A stretch of DNA of 63,970 nucleotides, filler included, from Porpidia crustulata (taxonomy: Eukaryota): the NCBI GenBank assembly GCA_964255105.1. It is 3 parts of 3 records of this genome, joined end to end, with 100 filler letters (N's around TTAATTAATTAA, not from the genome) between each part and the next. Parts side by side here need not be neighbours in the genome. Positions count along the whole stretch, not along the records: positions 1 to 21,861 come from CAXUWE010000093.1; 2 more parts are not named here. One strand, written 5' to 3'. This document shows, piece after piece, positions 1 through 14,325 of the stretch. Every line of letters begins with the position of its first letter. Within the stretch, counting starts at the first letter, position 1. The position numbers were made by a program, and so were the translations under genes. The notes beneath the pieces are model-generated. The model had not been told where the DNA came from and searched no databases. It saw only the letters and a list, made by a program, of their open reading frames with translations.

Positions 1-694
1 GGAATGGGAATTATGGCTTTTGCATTAATCTCTCTCGTGCTTGTCTATCTAAGTAAACGCGTCACTGTGCGACTGTCGAAAGATCGAGGTAAGGAGAAGA
101 AATGGTGCAGCCGAAGGAAGGGGGGAGCTCAGGCTCGGGCAAGGATCACCGATTGTCGTTCGTGACTTTGCAAGGAAGATAATGAACGCTGGGTGCTGCG
201 GGAAATAAAGTGAACGCTGGGTGAGCCACCAAAAATAAGCAACACCGCCTTTTCTGGTTGTTGAGTGAGAGATTCGTTGATCGTGGCATGTCAAACCGGA
301 AACTGGAAGGAAAGTGAATCGCAGTTGAAAGCACTTTTGATCGAGCACTATTGTTCCTCATTTTGCCCGGTCGGGTTGTTGTGAATGAAGCTGGAAAGAG
401 GAAAAAAAGAGAAGATCGCAGTTGAATCGTCAATCCATGTCATCGTATGTGAGTAGACAGGGCGGCCTACCTCCGGACCCTATCTTGCTTCAGCGATAGA
501 TCCGTCCGCGAAGATGCAAAAACAAGGCAAAGAAAAGTCCGCGCATGGCGAAAGGTCATAAGTAGTGACCGAGAAGGCGATCGTTGCCTCGTAAGGTGAG
601 CATTCTTCGTACTCCCGAAATCAGGGTCAAAGCTCGGGCCTCTTACCGTAGTTGCTGATAATTCATGGTTTAAAGTCACCTGTGGTTGGTCCTC

Positions 695-3476
695 TCAGAG
701 AATCTCCTCATCGGAATCGATTAGAGGAGCCGGAGGACCACGATCACGACCTGCCCGTGACCCAGAAACAGTCGGTGGAAACTGGCCGTGGATGACTTGG
801 CTAACGCCGCTACTACGAGCTGAGCCATATTGTTCGCGAGCTGCAGCTCCAGGGTCGTTCGAGCGTGTCATAGCAGCGAGATGGGCAGGTAACGCTGGCC
901 CACTACGCCCGCGAATACGACCAGGATGAGATAAAGCATGACCTGCACCCGATCCAGAAGCAGTCGGTGGGGGCTGACCGTGGGTGACTTGGCCATGGCC
1001 ACTGCCACGAGCTCCACCGTATTGTTCGCGAGCTACAGCTCCAGGATTGTCTGCTTCACTGACAAGGTTGGCAGGCATTACAAGCCCATTACGCTCGCGG
1101 CCATGACCACGAATTGGCGAGACCGCGGAAACACGACTAGGCGAGGAACCACGACTGCGGATAGCCGAGGAATCTCGACCGCTAGCTACGCCCATTGCAG
1201 AGATAGATGGAAGCAGGCCGAAAGGATTTTGTATTAGATTGTTATTACGCGCTCCACCGTACTGTTCGCGGACTGCTGCGCCAGGATCGCTCGAGGGTGC
1301 CAGTCCAGTAAGATGGGCAGGTAAAGCTGGACGTCCTGGAGCCCCATGGCCACGCGTAGGCGGAGCTTCATGACCGCGTGCAGATGGAGACCTAGGGTTA
1401 CGTGGAGATAAAGCACCACGGCCTCGCGTAGGCGAAGCTTCAGTCCTTGAGGAACTAGCGCGAGTGGATGCACAGGGTGGTGTCTGGGGTCGGTCATTAC
1501 TGATGGCAGAGCTCGCTGTGTTGGCCGCACGATGAGCAGCTTGCGTTTGATTCAGGGCAACATAGTCCTTAAGAAGATTATTTGCAGCGGAATGGAATGA
1601 TAGCGAAGCTGTGGAAAGGTGACGTGGATGGGTCATGGAGCGAGAGTTGGTAGACGATGGCGTCGCTGGTCCAAAAGAGTTTCTTGTTGATTGAGTAAGC
1701 CGACGTGTAAGTGGAGCGACAGCAGATAGAGCCGGCAATGATACAAGCAAGCCGCTTCGTCGGTGCCCGGCTGCATATAATGACTCGCCGATGATGAGTT
1801 TGGAGGTGTCGATTGTACCGCCGGCCACGGTCTTCGCAAAGTTGTCTTGAACAGTCTTGATCTGTTTAGCGGTGGATCCAAGCGTTTTCTGCTCAGCAGA
1901 CGCAGATGTCGGCGGACCTCGCTCTCGCGACGTGGCTTCTACTGTATCTCGGAAATGACTTGTTATATGGGTCTGAACCGATGGCATAATTCTATTATCA
2001 GCAGCTTCAATATCACCGTCAATAAGCCGCTGAACCCGCTCAACTGTGGTAACCGCCAGGTCCTTACCTATACTAGGTCCAAAGAGGGCCCTAACGTCCT
2101 GCATTGTCAATGGTCCACGGCTAGAAGGCCGTGAGGTCAGTGGTAGGGGTGATCCACTCTCCGCCTCCGATTCAAGAGATATTATTTGGGACGGCTGTGT
2201 TGTCGACTCCGCTGAGTCGAGTCTTAAAAGATTGCCGACGTGTTGATTGCGTTCTGCGGGAACGCTTGGTAGAGCAACAGTGTCGGAAGCAGAGTCACTA
2301 TGTAAAGAATCGAGACGAGAGAATGGTGCATCCGTGGCTTTTCCAGCTGTGACTGTTCTGCGAATACCGGTTGGTGTGGCGACAAGAATGGCCGGTAGAT
2401 CCTCTGCTGGGCCGCTAAGAAGATCGATCTCGCGAGATGAGGGAGTTGACGAGATCCTTGCTGCTACTGGATCTGCTTGATTGGATTCCTGAGGAGCAGC
2501 AACGGATTGCGTTGTGACATTCACTAGATCTGCTTGGCTAGGAGCTGTAGCTCTACTTGCCGCATCCCCTGAAAAGGTGGTAGTAACGATTGCCATAAAG
2601 TCATTGGAACTAGCAAGCTGTCGTTGACCCCAACCTCCACCAGCCGGGCCTCTTTGTATACGAAGCTCTTCGCTTCTTTGATGATGCCGACTGGTGGAAG
2701 TTCCTTGTCCAGCGCTGGGAATAGCCTTTGAAGGGGCTTTCGGAACAGCTTTCAAAGGCCGTTTCGGCAAGATTGAACTTGACGGGGGCGCGTTGGAAAG
2801 CCTGCTCGACGGTGTTTCTGTGTCCAGTGGACGTGCTGTTGAATACATGAACGGAGGAGGCCCACGTCCTCGCGTCCCTATGATACCACCGCCTTGACCT
2901 CTGCCCCCACGATGTCTAAGTGATCCGCGCTGGGGGAACCCTATACCATGTGCGCTATTCGGGTCCAAATCCATCATCAGCTTGAGCCTATGGGTTTGAC
3001 CTTCAGCAAGGTCTTGCAAGTCATCATTCGCCGTACCGTCATCCTTCAAAGCCTCACGCACGTCTATTAAAGATTAAAGATGCAGGTCAGCCTTGGGGTC
3101 TTCAGACTTACTACTCCACGCCGATAGCTTCTGCTTAACCTCTGGAGCTGCTCGATTTTCCTCACTCCCTTTTTGATTAACCTTGCGCTGACGATCGAGG
3201 TTTGTCAGATCCACAGAACGTAAATTCCGCGGGTGATCTCTGGTACTAATGTCCATACGTCGGACGCCTAAATCCTCCTGGATAGTGGTGTCAGCGTTGG
3301 TGGGACTAGAAGCAGAGTATACTGACAAACTGGACTTCGTTCATAAGATCGGTCAGCCCTTTACTGTCTGCGGTCACAGGGACTGGTGCAAGCCCAGGAA
3401 CTATTAAGGAAGAAGCTTCATCCTGACCCATATCTTCATCGCGCTGTCGCCTCCGACGCTTTGAATTTACAGCCAT
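695..3476 (-). CDS. Hypothetical low-complexity (Ser/Pro/Arg/Gly-rich) disordered protein, probably 3 exons
   Basis: 788-aa ORF 695-3061. Upstream exons can be joined through GTCAGT..CAG and GTAAGT..TAG introns to an ATG at 3476 (MAVNSKRRRRQR, NLS-like). Three C-terminal 'PA(H/N)L...(D/N)PGAxxREQYGxAR' repeats. Confidence 0.7.
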
Positions 3477-5027
3477 GGTCGGCTATGGTCCTGAACACAG
3501 CGGCTGCGTGACGCGTTGTAAGTTGTACTTTGCTTCCAAGGATTGGCATAAAGGCGTGTCAAGAGTAGGCGGAGGATGAAGCTGAAGTTGAATGAGAAAA
3601 GAAGAAACGGATGTTGATGTCAACGTGTTGAACGCAAGGACCTGTCGTTCAAAAGAAGGTAAACAACGATCTACGGAGCTAGCAATTACATGAGTGATTC
3701 TATTAGCATCCTATACGATGCAGGGAGACCGCCGGCAAATTAAATATCCGGATTTGCGGTGTTGATAGAAAGGCCATGGAGTGGGTGCTTGGCTTCAGGA
3801 AGTGGTTCCCTGCACGAAAGTGAATGGCAGGAATTTCCGCAGACCCAGATGATCAATGTTGTGCTTTCAGCCAGGAGTATCGCCAGTGCTTTGGCTAAAG
3901 CGAGATCCAGGATGACAGAAGTGTTTTCAAAGACGGTGACCCGCTACCGCAAAGGGAAAAATCGATTCTGTCGGACTGGTACACATCAACCGATAACTCG
4001 TTTCGAGGGTTGGAAGGACCAAATCAATGGAAATGTGCCTCTGGACTGTTCAAAGAGACCTTTCATAAGGAATGGATAAGTTGATTATCAGCAATTTTGT
4101 CTGTGATAGATAGGTACGTAGGTAATGTTGGTGGGACGAAAGCGGAAAAGTTCAACCATGCAAATTGTGTGGCATCTACGTATTCACCCAGGGCAGCTAG
4201 TGAGCAGCAGAACACCTCAGATTGCCAGAAACGAGATGATTCGGATACTCGCCGTTAGAATTTAATAGTCAACAGGAAGATGTCAATTGGCCTCATCTGC
4301 AAATGAATGGTAGTGATACTTGAATGGAGAAGTCTACAAGGAAATAAAGTGATGAGAGATAGATCATATCCTAACCATACCATATGCTTGACAAATAATG
4401 CAGAGAATCTGCATGAACTAATAACACAGACTCGGGTTACCTACCTGATGATATTGCTTCATACGGGAATGCTCTGTAGCTTTGTAGGTTGAAAGATTCC
4501 TACTACGAGCGAAAGTGTCTTGCTCTATTGGCCATCCTAGTGGTCCCAAGAGCAGTTCGCAAAAGATTTTGCGTACTAATTCCAAGTAAGCGTTTGTTCC
4601 AATTCTTCCCAAAAATCAGAGCCCTTGGTAATCTGTTCTACACTTCCTCGAGCCGATGCTGGGTCACCTAACCCCGAGTCTCACTTCAAAGCAGGTTGGA
4701 GTGCCAAATTTAATCCATATCATCTGCAGACGGAATGCAGCACTTGAGCGGTGAGAAAAGCAACATGCCCTAGGATGAGGGAGCAGATGAAAAGCGCCGT
4801 AGCATTACTTACAGACACAGAGAAGCCCGGATGTCGATAGATAAGAAAGGGGGAGGGTTGGCCCTTTTCGGTGATGCACGGAAGAAAGGTACGAGGTATA
4901 GAATCGGCGATACGCTTATGAAATACTCTCCTTTGAAAGATATAGTCGAAGGGTAGTCATCATGGACTGTCGGAGGTTTGCGTAGCTTTGGATTTAGCAA
5001 CAAGGTCCTACCCTACCTTGGCGGCAG

Positions 5028-7265
5028 CTATCGACAAGGTTGGTTTCCACCCTCATCTTTTCACAGTGTGTATTAGCGACTTATGCCACATGTTGGTCAA
5101 GATCACTTACACCGAATGATCTTCGCCACTGCCTGGCCAAGGCTAATTCCCATGACAGCAGTCCCAAAACCTACACAGATCATCGCCGGGACAGTCTTCC
5201 AGCTTCGAGTACTCAGCTTAATATAACAAAGCGGTGGTAGTATGTACGCAAGAGCGCACGCACTTGTAGCGCCGATCAGTTCGAACACCGCACCAAGGTC
5301 ACATGTTAGCAGCGACAAGGTCGTCGCTGTAACAACCAAAGAAGTAGTAAAGATCAGATGCCTGTTGGGATTCCAAGGTTCGTCTCGAAACCAATAGTTG
5401 GTCATCACCTCACGGCAAACAAAAGCTTCAAGAGGAAGCGTGGTGAGCATGTTAAGTCCAAAGCAGCTGACTTACAATTAGTAACCAAGATTCGTGTATA
5501 CAAGGAAAAGGGGTCCCACAAACGAGCAATGTTCACCGTGATATTGTCGCTCGGGAAATTATTCAAAAGGTTCCCCTGGGTCTTGTCTCCGAATGTCAAG
5601 AATCCTGCCAATGCCATAGCCAAGCACGCCGCCATGGAAATAATGGTAGAGTAATGTGTCACACGCGCGAATCGATCTATTGTGGGCTTTTTGAGAGAGC
5701 CGTAGATCAAAAGGCTGTTATGATCTGATTGATTTTGTCAACAAGCTGCATAGAGAAGGCAGGAATTTGCAACACACGGCAGACAAACGCTGACGCATAT
5801 CAGTACATATCACACTCCAGTAGACCATGATTCCATACCAAATGATATAACGCTAATGGCTTGGAACACGCCATCTCGAACGAACAAAGAGCCCTTCAGG
5901 TTACCCCGAGAATCTGAAGGAACCCGTGCCCCTTGTGTAATTACAGTAACAATGATGACAAGCATACTCACTAACGCGAAAGTTGATGCTTTGGCTAACT
6001 GGGATCAATTAATTGGAACCCACGCAAGATGAAGAGAAGCTGTTATACCTTAGCTATATCACGGTATAGGGAGAGGGGGTAAGAAACGCCGAGGATGAAG
6101 ACAATGATTACAGCCCGTCTATCTGTTAAAAGCCATAGGAATGGAGTCCTCGGTAATGCCGGAAATAGTGCACTCATGACATGGGGGATACTATCGCCAA
6201 CTATAATACAAAAAGCTAGCATGCCACCAAAAGCACTGCATTCAAAGCTGTCAGCGTTGCTCCGTAGGTAGAAAAAAGTTGCGTACAAAGCCCACTGAGC
6301 AACCTGACCTCGCATGTAAGCAAAACTGTGCGTGATCAAGAGGGGTTAATGAACGCACCGATATGGCAATGAGCCCGGACTTGCCGAAGCAATGCTCCAT
6401 AGTGGCTTGGAACGAATTAGTGCCACTGAGCTTTGAATTGATCACGATTAAACGGATGGTCCAATCGACCTATTTGAAATTAGCACAGGATTCCTTTTCA
6501 GCCCTAGGATTGATAGCTCTTACCGTGACCGTCAGAGTGACAAGTAGTATTATACCCATCATCAAGCCAGCTTGCCGGAACGCATAGGCCTGGCCTTTTC
6601 ATCCTTGATTAATCATGGGTTTCGACGCGAATAAATAACATTATCTACATACCAATAATACCGGCACCACTGCGAATACATCAGTAGGTTCGAGAGCTGA
6701 GAAGGGCAAAATGGTTGTGATCTATAGCTTACATAATACTATTCGCCATGTTCATGAATGCACTTCTCATCCCACTCTTTGACCTCGCACCTTCCAGTAA
6801 GTCCTCTGCATTGAACTCCAGATCGGAGCTCGCAACCGTCACACTTGGAGCTTCAACGTCTGTCAGGAGGGGCGCCCGTTGACCTGTACTGCTCCTTCTT
6901 CCAATTAATGAACGATCGAAAGGATCCTCCTCCTCCTCTTCCTCCTCCTCCCCTAGCCCGCCTACCTCCATGTGAGTTCCAGCCTCATCGTTGGATGCGA
7001 GTGAGTTCCCATTGTGCGCGCCCTCATTGATTACCCTCTCTTCAAGGTCAAAGTGAACGCGATTCGCGCTACGTGGCGTGTGAGGCGTGTGATTTGGCGA
7101 TTGGAGGGACAGAGAAGACTGCCGCCCAGATGTCAAGGGAGTTAGGGGGTACGAATGGTCGTCGTCGTCGTCATTTGGTAGGCCGGAGAGCAACGAACGA
7201 GCTTCCCCTTCGAGTCCACCCATAGTTGCCTCATCGTAGCCACCATGTGACTTATCCTTGGGCAT
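5028..7265 (-). CDS. AVT2: Vacuolar amino acid transporter, Aa_trans/AVT2 family, multi-exon
   Basis: Exon translations AFMNMANSIIGAGIIG, AFGGMLAFCIIVGDSIPHV, YPLSLYRDIAK, AFVCHHNSLLIYGSL, TLPLEAFVCRE and LAYILPPLCY, with canonical introns. Start inferred at MPKDKSH. Confidence 0.85.
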
Positions 7266-7713
7266 AGCGTTATTGCAGTGACACGATGAGGGTGGGCTGA
7301 GCCATGCTGCATGCACAGCGTCAGCGTATGATCTTCTTGATTGTGCATCCATTCCTTTCATACAAGTTATACAAGGCTGAGATTAGTCATTCATGACCCA
7401 TCTACGGACGGGTCGTAAAAGTCATTGCAGCACTTCAAATGGACAGCCGAGCTTAAGCGCTACCATGACTTTTGCGACTCCCTGATGATTCCCCAACAAA
7501 TGCCCCTTTGTAATATGTCATCCTATTATTGCATACATCCACGTCTCTGCTCAGTCTACGACGCGAAAATAAGTGCATGGATAGTATCTAGCAGGCTAAC
7601 ATTGGGTTTCAGGTATAGTAGTATGGCTTACACTACTCGGATTTAGAATAGACTTGAAAATAACGTTTAGACTGCCTTCGCGATACGGTATATGATCCCT
7701 CAAAAGACGTCAT

Positions 7714-9487
7714 CTATGGGCAAAAGAATACGATATTTACAAAGAAAAGAAGATAGCCTAACATAGGCTGCGATACGAGGCTATGTAGATTAGCCCCAGA
7801 TATAGCGCTGGGACGGATGGAAATCGATGAGGTGGAAGTTCCATCGTTCGTGGGAGCCGGTGACACTTTTGTGGACGTCATTGAAGATGAAGAAATTGGT
7901 GAGGTGGGCGCGAGAGTCGTGATCGAGAACGAGGACTTAAGGGGAATGATGATATCGGAACTAGTTGTTGCCGTAGATGACTTAATTGGGGAGGGTTTGG
8001 AGCTTGTCACTGCCTCAGACGAACTGGAAGGCGTTGGCAGCTTTTTCGATGGCTTGATGCCGAAACCTGCCGGAAGGTTAGCTCCGAGGGTTTGCAACGA
8101 CGAGATGATGAGATGAATTTTACCAATTCTATTCTTGTCGAAGTCGAATACCGTGTAGACATTCTTCATGAAAACATCCCCGAGTAGCCACTGATCGGGC
8201 CCAAATGTCTGTCGTGCGACTATATTGCTCGAGCACATAGGACCACCGTTCACAGGACTGCCAATGTAATCTTCTGTAGCTATGCTATACATTATATTCG
8301 ATATCTTGATCTGTAGAGATGAGCTCGAAGAGCATGGTACATTAAATCCGTCATTAGCCTGCACAGAGTTGGGGATACGATCATGGACTGCCTTCGCGTC
8401 ATTGGGAGGGAGGAGCAAGAACGAAGTGCCGCTGTCCACGATCCCTATCTTACCATTAAAGTGAGCAGACACGCCGTTTATGACAATGTCGCCAATAGGT
8501 ATCTCCCATAGCGAGCCATTCGAGTTAATGCTGGTATATAATAGGTCACCAGAGTATTTGCTTGGATCCGGTGCTCCGAAGTTGATCTCGCCGTCGGTGG
8601 TTCCGTCGCTGTTCCTTTGTAGAGATATTCCGAACAAATTCTGTGGTAGAGCGCTGGTGGCCGCTACAGTTTCCATGACCGTTGGAGAGTCCATGTATCC
8701 AGACGTTGGACGTCCGAGACCCAGAATACCATCCATTGGATATGTTGAGAATTCGTCTGAAGTTGTAGAAGCCAAGCCAAAAGAAAGCGGAAGCGACAAT
8801 CCTGCCATCTGTACGGTGTCGTTGAAGACTGTCCCAGAAACTGTGCCAGAACCATAGGTGAGGTCAAATTTCGATTGAGTTGCTTTCAGAGTTGTAGAAT
8901 CGGACGGCCCGAAGGTATTGTGGAGGCTACACGCTTTCGTGGTGCAGCCGGACCCAATGACCCAAGTATTCGCTGAACCTGTATCGACCAATAAGTACAT
9001 GCTTTTGCCACTGGAACCAAACTTGACGTCGGAGAAGTAGAAGTAATCAGTGCCGTCTTCGTCAATGGCCATGCTGCTGGTCTGCGATGGCGTCGACGCT
9101 GTATGAACAGTGTATGGATTCTCGCGCTTGACAGGCGTCCGCAAGGGCCTGGGAGGCTGTTGGCCATCTACGACATCTGATGCGCTTCGGGGACGTCTCC
9201 TTGCAGTGCCCTCTGTTTGGACAACGCTCCATTCATGGGGTCTGACGAGCAACTAAGCAGCTCTCGTCAGTTCTGTTAAATAATCTAGAAATCGTTGTTC
9301 CTACTGGATGTGCTTTACGTTTGATTCTCAATTTGCTACCATTCGGAGGAACATGCTCAGGCCCTTTTGCCTGGACGTATAATCCGCCTTTGTTCTCTAC
9401 ATCTCTCTCAATTTTCCCGGATTGACCGATTGCGGTTGTCGGACCCATGGAAATAATGGCCCACAAGAGCCATAGAACATAACGCAT
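7714..9487 (-). CDS. ctsD: Secreted, probably GPI-anchored pepsin-family aspartic protease (CtsD-like)
   Basis: Signal peptide MRYVLWLLWAIIS; catalytic motifs DTGS and DSGT; DGILGLG and LLGDVFMKNVYTVFD; Ser/Thr-rich tail with a hydrophobic C-terminus. Confidence 0.88.
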
Positions 9488-10625
9488 TCCTTACCAAGCG
9501 GGCAAGGTATGATGATCGTGCATCAACTCCTTCATTCGGTTTCTCCACCCTTAAGCATCAAGAGGCCACCATGAATCGAAAGGGTCTTAATGGAATCGAA
9601 CATACGCTGTCTATCGTAATTGTGATATACCAAATGTACGGGGAAGGAGTGTTCCAATGAAATTGTCCGACATATGAATTGGAAACGTGGGGGAATAGCA
9701 ACGGTACCATCAGTCTCAAAAATTGGGGTCACAGTGGGAATAGCAACGAGGCTCATGGCTTTGCAGTCACCACTCATTTCATTCGAGGCTCAGAGGGTCA
9801 AGCAATGCGAGTTATGGTAGGCTCGTGCATAATAAGATGAAGAAATTGATAGGTGTTGGTTGCACAGCCCTGGTGTTTGTTCCGGGATCGCCAACGCAGA
9901 AGTAGGTAGGTACCCAAATACTATAGTACCCAAATACTATACCAGATCCCTTTCCAGACACATTGGTTGGTCAAACCATCTAAATTCAAGCAGGGCAGAC
10001 GCTTCAGCGCATAATCTTCTTTTGCGACAAGTCCAATGCTCGGATTGAGACGGACGGACACTGTTCGACAGCCGGCTAGTAATAGAACAATACTGATCTC
10101 GAAGTACTTTCCACGTAGTATACGTGCTAATAGTTAACAGCCCAGCCCCTTCGTAATTGGGCTTGTAGATTCGTGAGTGATGATAAGTAACAGTGGGCAG
10201 ATCAGTCTCGGTGATTTGTGATTCATGATTGATGACTGGCGACCTCCCAATGTCGATGGCTAGCTAGATATCTCATGTAATTATCTTATTCAACTGAAAT
10301 CTGTGGGATATGGATAAGAGTATCGAATGTGCCTCGCACGATTTACGCCCAGACTTTCAGCTATTCATAGGGGTGCTTCGCCGCAAACTATCGGTTGGAG
10401 TTTGACGCGTTCTATAATCGATAAAGCGATCTGAGTGTTGAAAAGTATTCAACGCGGGTCATTAATATTTAAGATGGTAACTCGGGCTAGTACAAATTAC
10501 TGTTCATCCTGCCTCCTGCTACATGCACAGCACCTTATCAGGCCGTGAAAACGCCATGAAGGCCCAAGACCTCTCAATTCATCGGAGAACAATACCAGAA
10601 CCACAGCGCCGTTGGCCCTGACCAC

Positions 10626-11249
10626 CTAAGCTCTTGCCGCCTTTTTTGATCCTAGCAAATCATCCAACAGCCCGTCCCAGATTTCTTTCATGACTCCTGA
10701 TTCCTTCAATTTTTCGACGGGCATCCCGGTCATTGTGGCTGCCGCTGCAGTAACTTTACTGGTCAAGTCGTACGGATCAAGCTCAATGGCGTGATTATCA
10801 GTGACTTCACTCATGGCCGACGGGCTAGCAATATGGGTACTGTCCGCGCTGACGGTGGAGATTTCTGGACGGATGACAGGTTCAACAGCTTCTTGGTGAG
10901 CTTCGCTCCGGCGAGGTGGATAGTAGTTGTCTGGGAGGAGGGGAATGCGCATGATTTCGGGCTGCTTCGGTTCCAGTATGGCATATTGAGGCATGAAGGC
11001 AAAGTCGATGGACGAATTGTCTTTCGGGGCCTTTAATGTTCGTGTATTATGAAAGGAACGACTCGAATACTGGTTCTCCGACCTGCCATCACTTAAGCCT
11101 CGCTCGAAACACTCCATGATAAATGCCTTTCACCTTCTTCCGTTATAGCGCCTACAAAACTCCTCATGGCTGCCATAGGACCGCTTCTCGAGAGACTTAG
11201 TAACGTATCTGAAGGGATGACGCAGGCTTGACGACCGAATGGATGTCAT
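10626..11249 (-). CDS. Hypothetical fungal protein with a basic N-terminus (possible mitochondrial presequence)
   Basis: 163-aa ORF (IDFAFMP, RIPLLPDNY, SPSAMSEVTDN). It can be joined in frame through a GT..CAG intron to an ATG at 11249 (MTSIRSSSLRHPFR). Confidence 0.65.
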
Positions 11250-12064
11250 TGCAGTAAAACTTGATCGATTGATGGAGCAGTATGTTGCAATTGATCATAT
11301 GGAAGATGGAGATAGTGAGATGTAAACGATGGATTCATCCATCTGTATCTCTCACCGCATCAATGGAGCATAGAAGCTACAGCAACTATCTCGTCAACGG
11401 TCTAGATACCATGTCACTCTCGTGTGCTTATCTACCTATGGGTAAGTACCTACCAACATCGAGCTTTACCCCACTTGTCAACGCTTGCTCAACAAGTTGA
11501 CACGGAGCGGCAGGGTCCAAGCTTCTTAGCGTGAGACGCTTATGCAGCTCTCGGTACCAATGTTTCCGATGATTGGCCGGTCCGGTCTTTCAATACAATT
11601 AGCCTCAGCGTTTCAGCATCGATAATACCGCACCTAATATCCCCTTATCTCCGTGCCTTGTTCTGTAATCATGGAGTCCGGCGACTTCTGACACCCCCTG
11701 TGCTATGTACTGGACACTTCGATGGGGATTTCTTTACTTCCATACGCGTTACAATTCCCAGCCTATCTGAGGTAAGATGACTACCTTTTAAATCTAGTCC
11801 ATGATTTAAGTCTTGAGATTAACCAATTTATATGAATCTATGATCATAAAAGACCACGGTCGAGTTGCCTTCTACGATACTCTCCGTATAGAGAGCTTCG
11901 AGAACGAATCGCACGCCATGATTTGAGTCTTCTTGATTGGTCTATTCGTTGCTAGTAATGAAGTATAAGCAATCGCGTTGAATATCCGACGCTATTCAAG
12001 CTGGTTGACAGCACAAATGACTACTGGTTAAGCCGTAAGGGAGGGTATCACATATTCATTCATC

Positions 12065-14070
12065 TCATGAGCTAGGCAACGTGACTTGCTGTACTCCATC
12101 CGTGACTGCATCAACCGGCTCGTTCCCAACGTCTACCGGTTTTGCTCCCTTCGTTGCCGTTGATTCGACGCTCTCCGTTTCTGGTTTCTTATTTTTCTTA
12201 TCAGCCTTTTTAGCTTTAGCCACTGCCTTTTTAGCCGCGATCCTAGTCGCTTCTTGCTCTTTCTTCAATCTTTCTGCTTGAGTGCCGCCATACATACTTC
12301 GCCATTCGTCTTCCTTTTTGGGGTCAATCTGGGCGAAAAGATACTCAGCTTTGCCGATTTGATGACCAGGCTTGATATCGTCCGCAGTCCAATGGTCTGG
12401 AATGTAGAGGAATGGCGCTTCCAGCTGCTTCAGGATTGACCGTGATGTTGAGGGTAGATATGGTTCGAAGATGCTTGCACAAAGATAAATTATATTGACA
12501 GCTATGCCTGTGACTGCGGCAGCTTTCTCAGGCTCACTTGCAACGAGCTTGTTGTCAAAGCCGTTACTCTGCAGAAAATTATTGCCAGCCTGGGCAATCT
12601 GCATGGCGCTTATGATTCCTGCTTTGAGGCTGACGCTTTCCATGTCCTCAAGATATTGTTTTAGGTATTGATTGATCTCTAATTTAGCTTTGTCAAATGT
12701 CGGATGCATGTGCATCGGGGTATAATCCGGTATAACCGAATTATAGACCTTACTATTGACAAGTTTGATCACACGGTTGACAAAATTTCCAAGCTTTGCC
12801 AATAGCTCGTTATTGTTTTGCTCGATGAAATATTTCCACTCAAACTGACTGTCTCCAGTCTCCGGTCTATTTTTGAGAAGATAGTATCGCCAAACATCTG
12901 CTGGGACACCAGTGTCCTTCGCATTGTTGCCAAATACTCCGACGCCGCGTGATTTCGAGAATTTGCCATTTTCATAGTTGAGATACTCTGCGGTTGATAG
13001 GTGATGTAACATGGTCCAAGTGTCTCCCGTACCGATCTGAGAACCAGGGAATATTACCGTATGGAAAGGGACATTGTCTTTACCCATAAACTGGTGAAGT
13101 TGAACGTTTTCCGGATTGTGCCACCATTTCTGCCAATCTTCCGTGTAATTTGCCGTTATCGATACATAGCCAATACACGCATCAAACCAAACGTAAAAGA
13201 CCTTATCTTTGTATATCTCTTTATCTGACTCCTCTGGAAAAACGTCAAGCGGTAGAGGCGTTCCCCATTTGAGATCTCGGGTGATCCCTCTATCTCTAAG
13301 GCCCTGCTTTAGCCACGACTCCGTAATAATTCTGCCATTCTTTGACCAGACCCCTTTCTTAGAGGCATTCTCAAACCATGCCTCAATACTTGGTTGGAGT
13401 TTGTCAAGTTTAAGATGAACGTGCCTCGTTTCTCGGGCAACTGGTGCTGTGTCCGGGTCAACTTTGCATCTTGGGTTTATTAGATCCAAAGGTTCATAAT
13501 CAACCGAGCCGCATGCATCACATTGATCACCACGGGCATCATCATAACCACACTTTGGGCACGTCCCTTCAATGAAACGATCGGCAAGGAAAGACTTATG
13601 TTTTTCGCAGTAGGGCTGTCGCGAGGTTCTTTCAATCAAGTAGTCATTTATATGTAGCTTCCTGAATATGTCCTGTGTGATATCTTTCTGCTGCTGTGTC
13701 GATGTCCGGCCAAAGATATCAAACCCTATCTCAAACCATCCGTATATATCTGCGTGAATCTTATTGTATTTGTCACATAATTCTCTCGGGGAAATTCCTT
13801 CTTCGAGTGCCTTGGTCTCCGTAGCAGTTCCATATTCATCCGTGCCACAGACGAAAAGCGTGGGATGCCCACGGGCTTTGTGATATCTGTGGTCTCGTTA
13901 GAAATGAGGCGCTGGATATTTCCCGTGCTTGACTACCTTGAGAAAACGTCAGCACTTAGCACGCTACCTACTATGTTGCCCAGATGAGGGACGTTGTTGA
14001 CATAGGGCAAGGCGCTTGTTATTAGAATGTTTCTTTGGCCCTCTTTGGGCAAAATCTTTTGAGACTCCAT
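12065..14070 (-). CDS. MES1: Cytoplasmic methionyl-tRNA synthetase
   Basis: [16 protein letters not shown] (HIGH-like), CGTDEYGT, zinc knuckle [22 protein letters not shown] and KFSKS (KMSKS-like). One intron near 13890-13936. Confidence 0.97.
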
Positions 14071-14325
14071 CTTTGGTATATACTTTCTCTAGAACGGGGA
14101 TCAATGCTTAAGCGACAGCCTTTTATCTACTTAAATATTTGGTTTCCGCCAAATGAGTCAGTCTAAACTAGCCAACGGCTGTAGGGCTGACAGCGCGGGG
14201 GCTAGCAACACCCTATCACCCTATGAAACCGTACCCGTATACCTTATGTGAAGATAGCGCTAAGGTATTCTGTCCATATTAAAGCGTTTTGGGATTGGGC
14301 AAGCTGGCAGCGACTAGTCTACACA

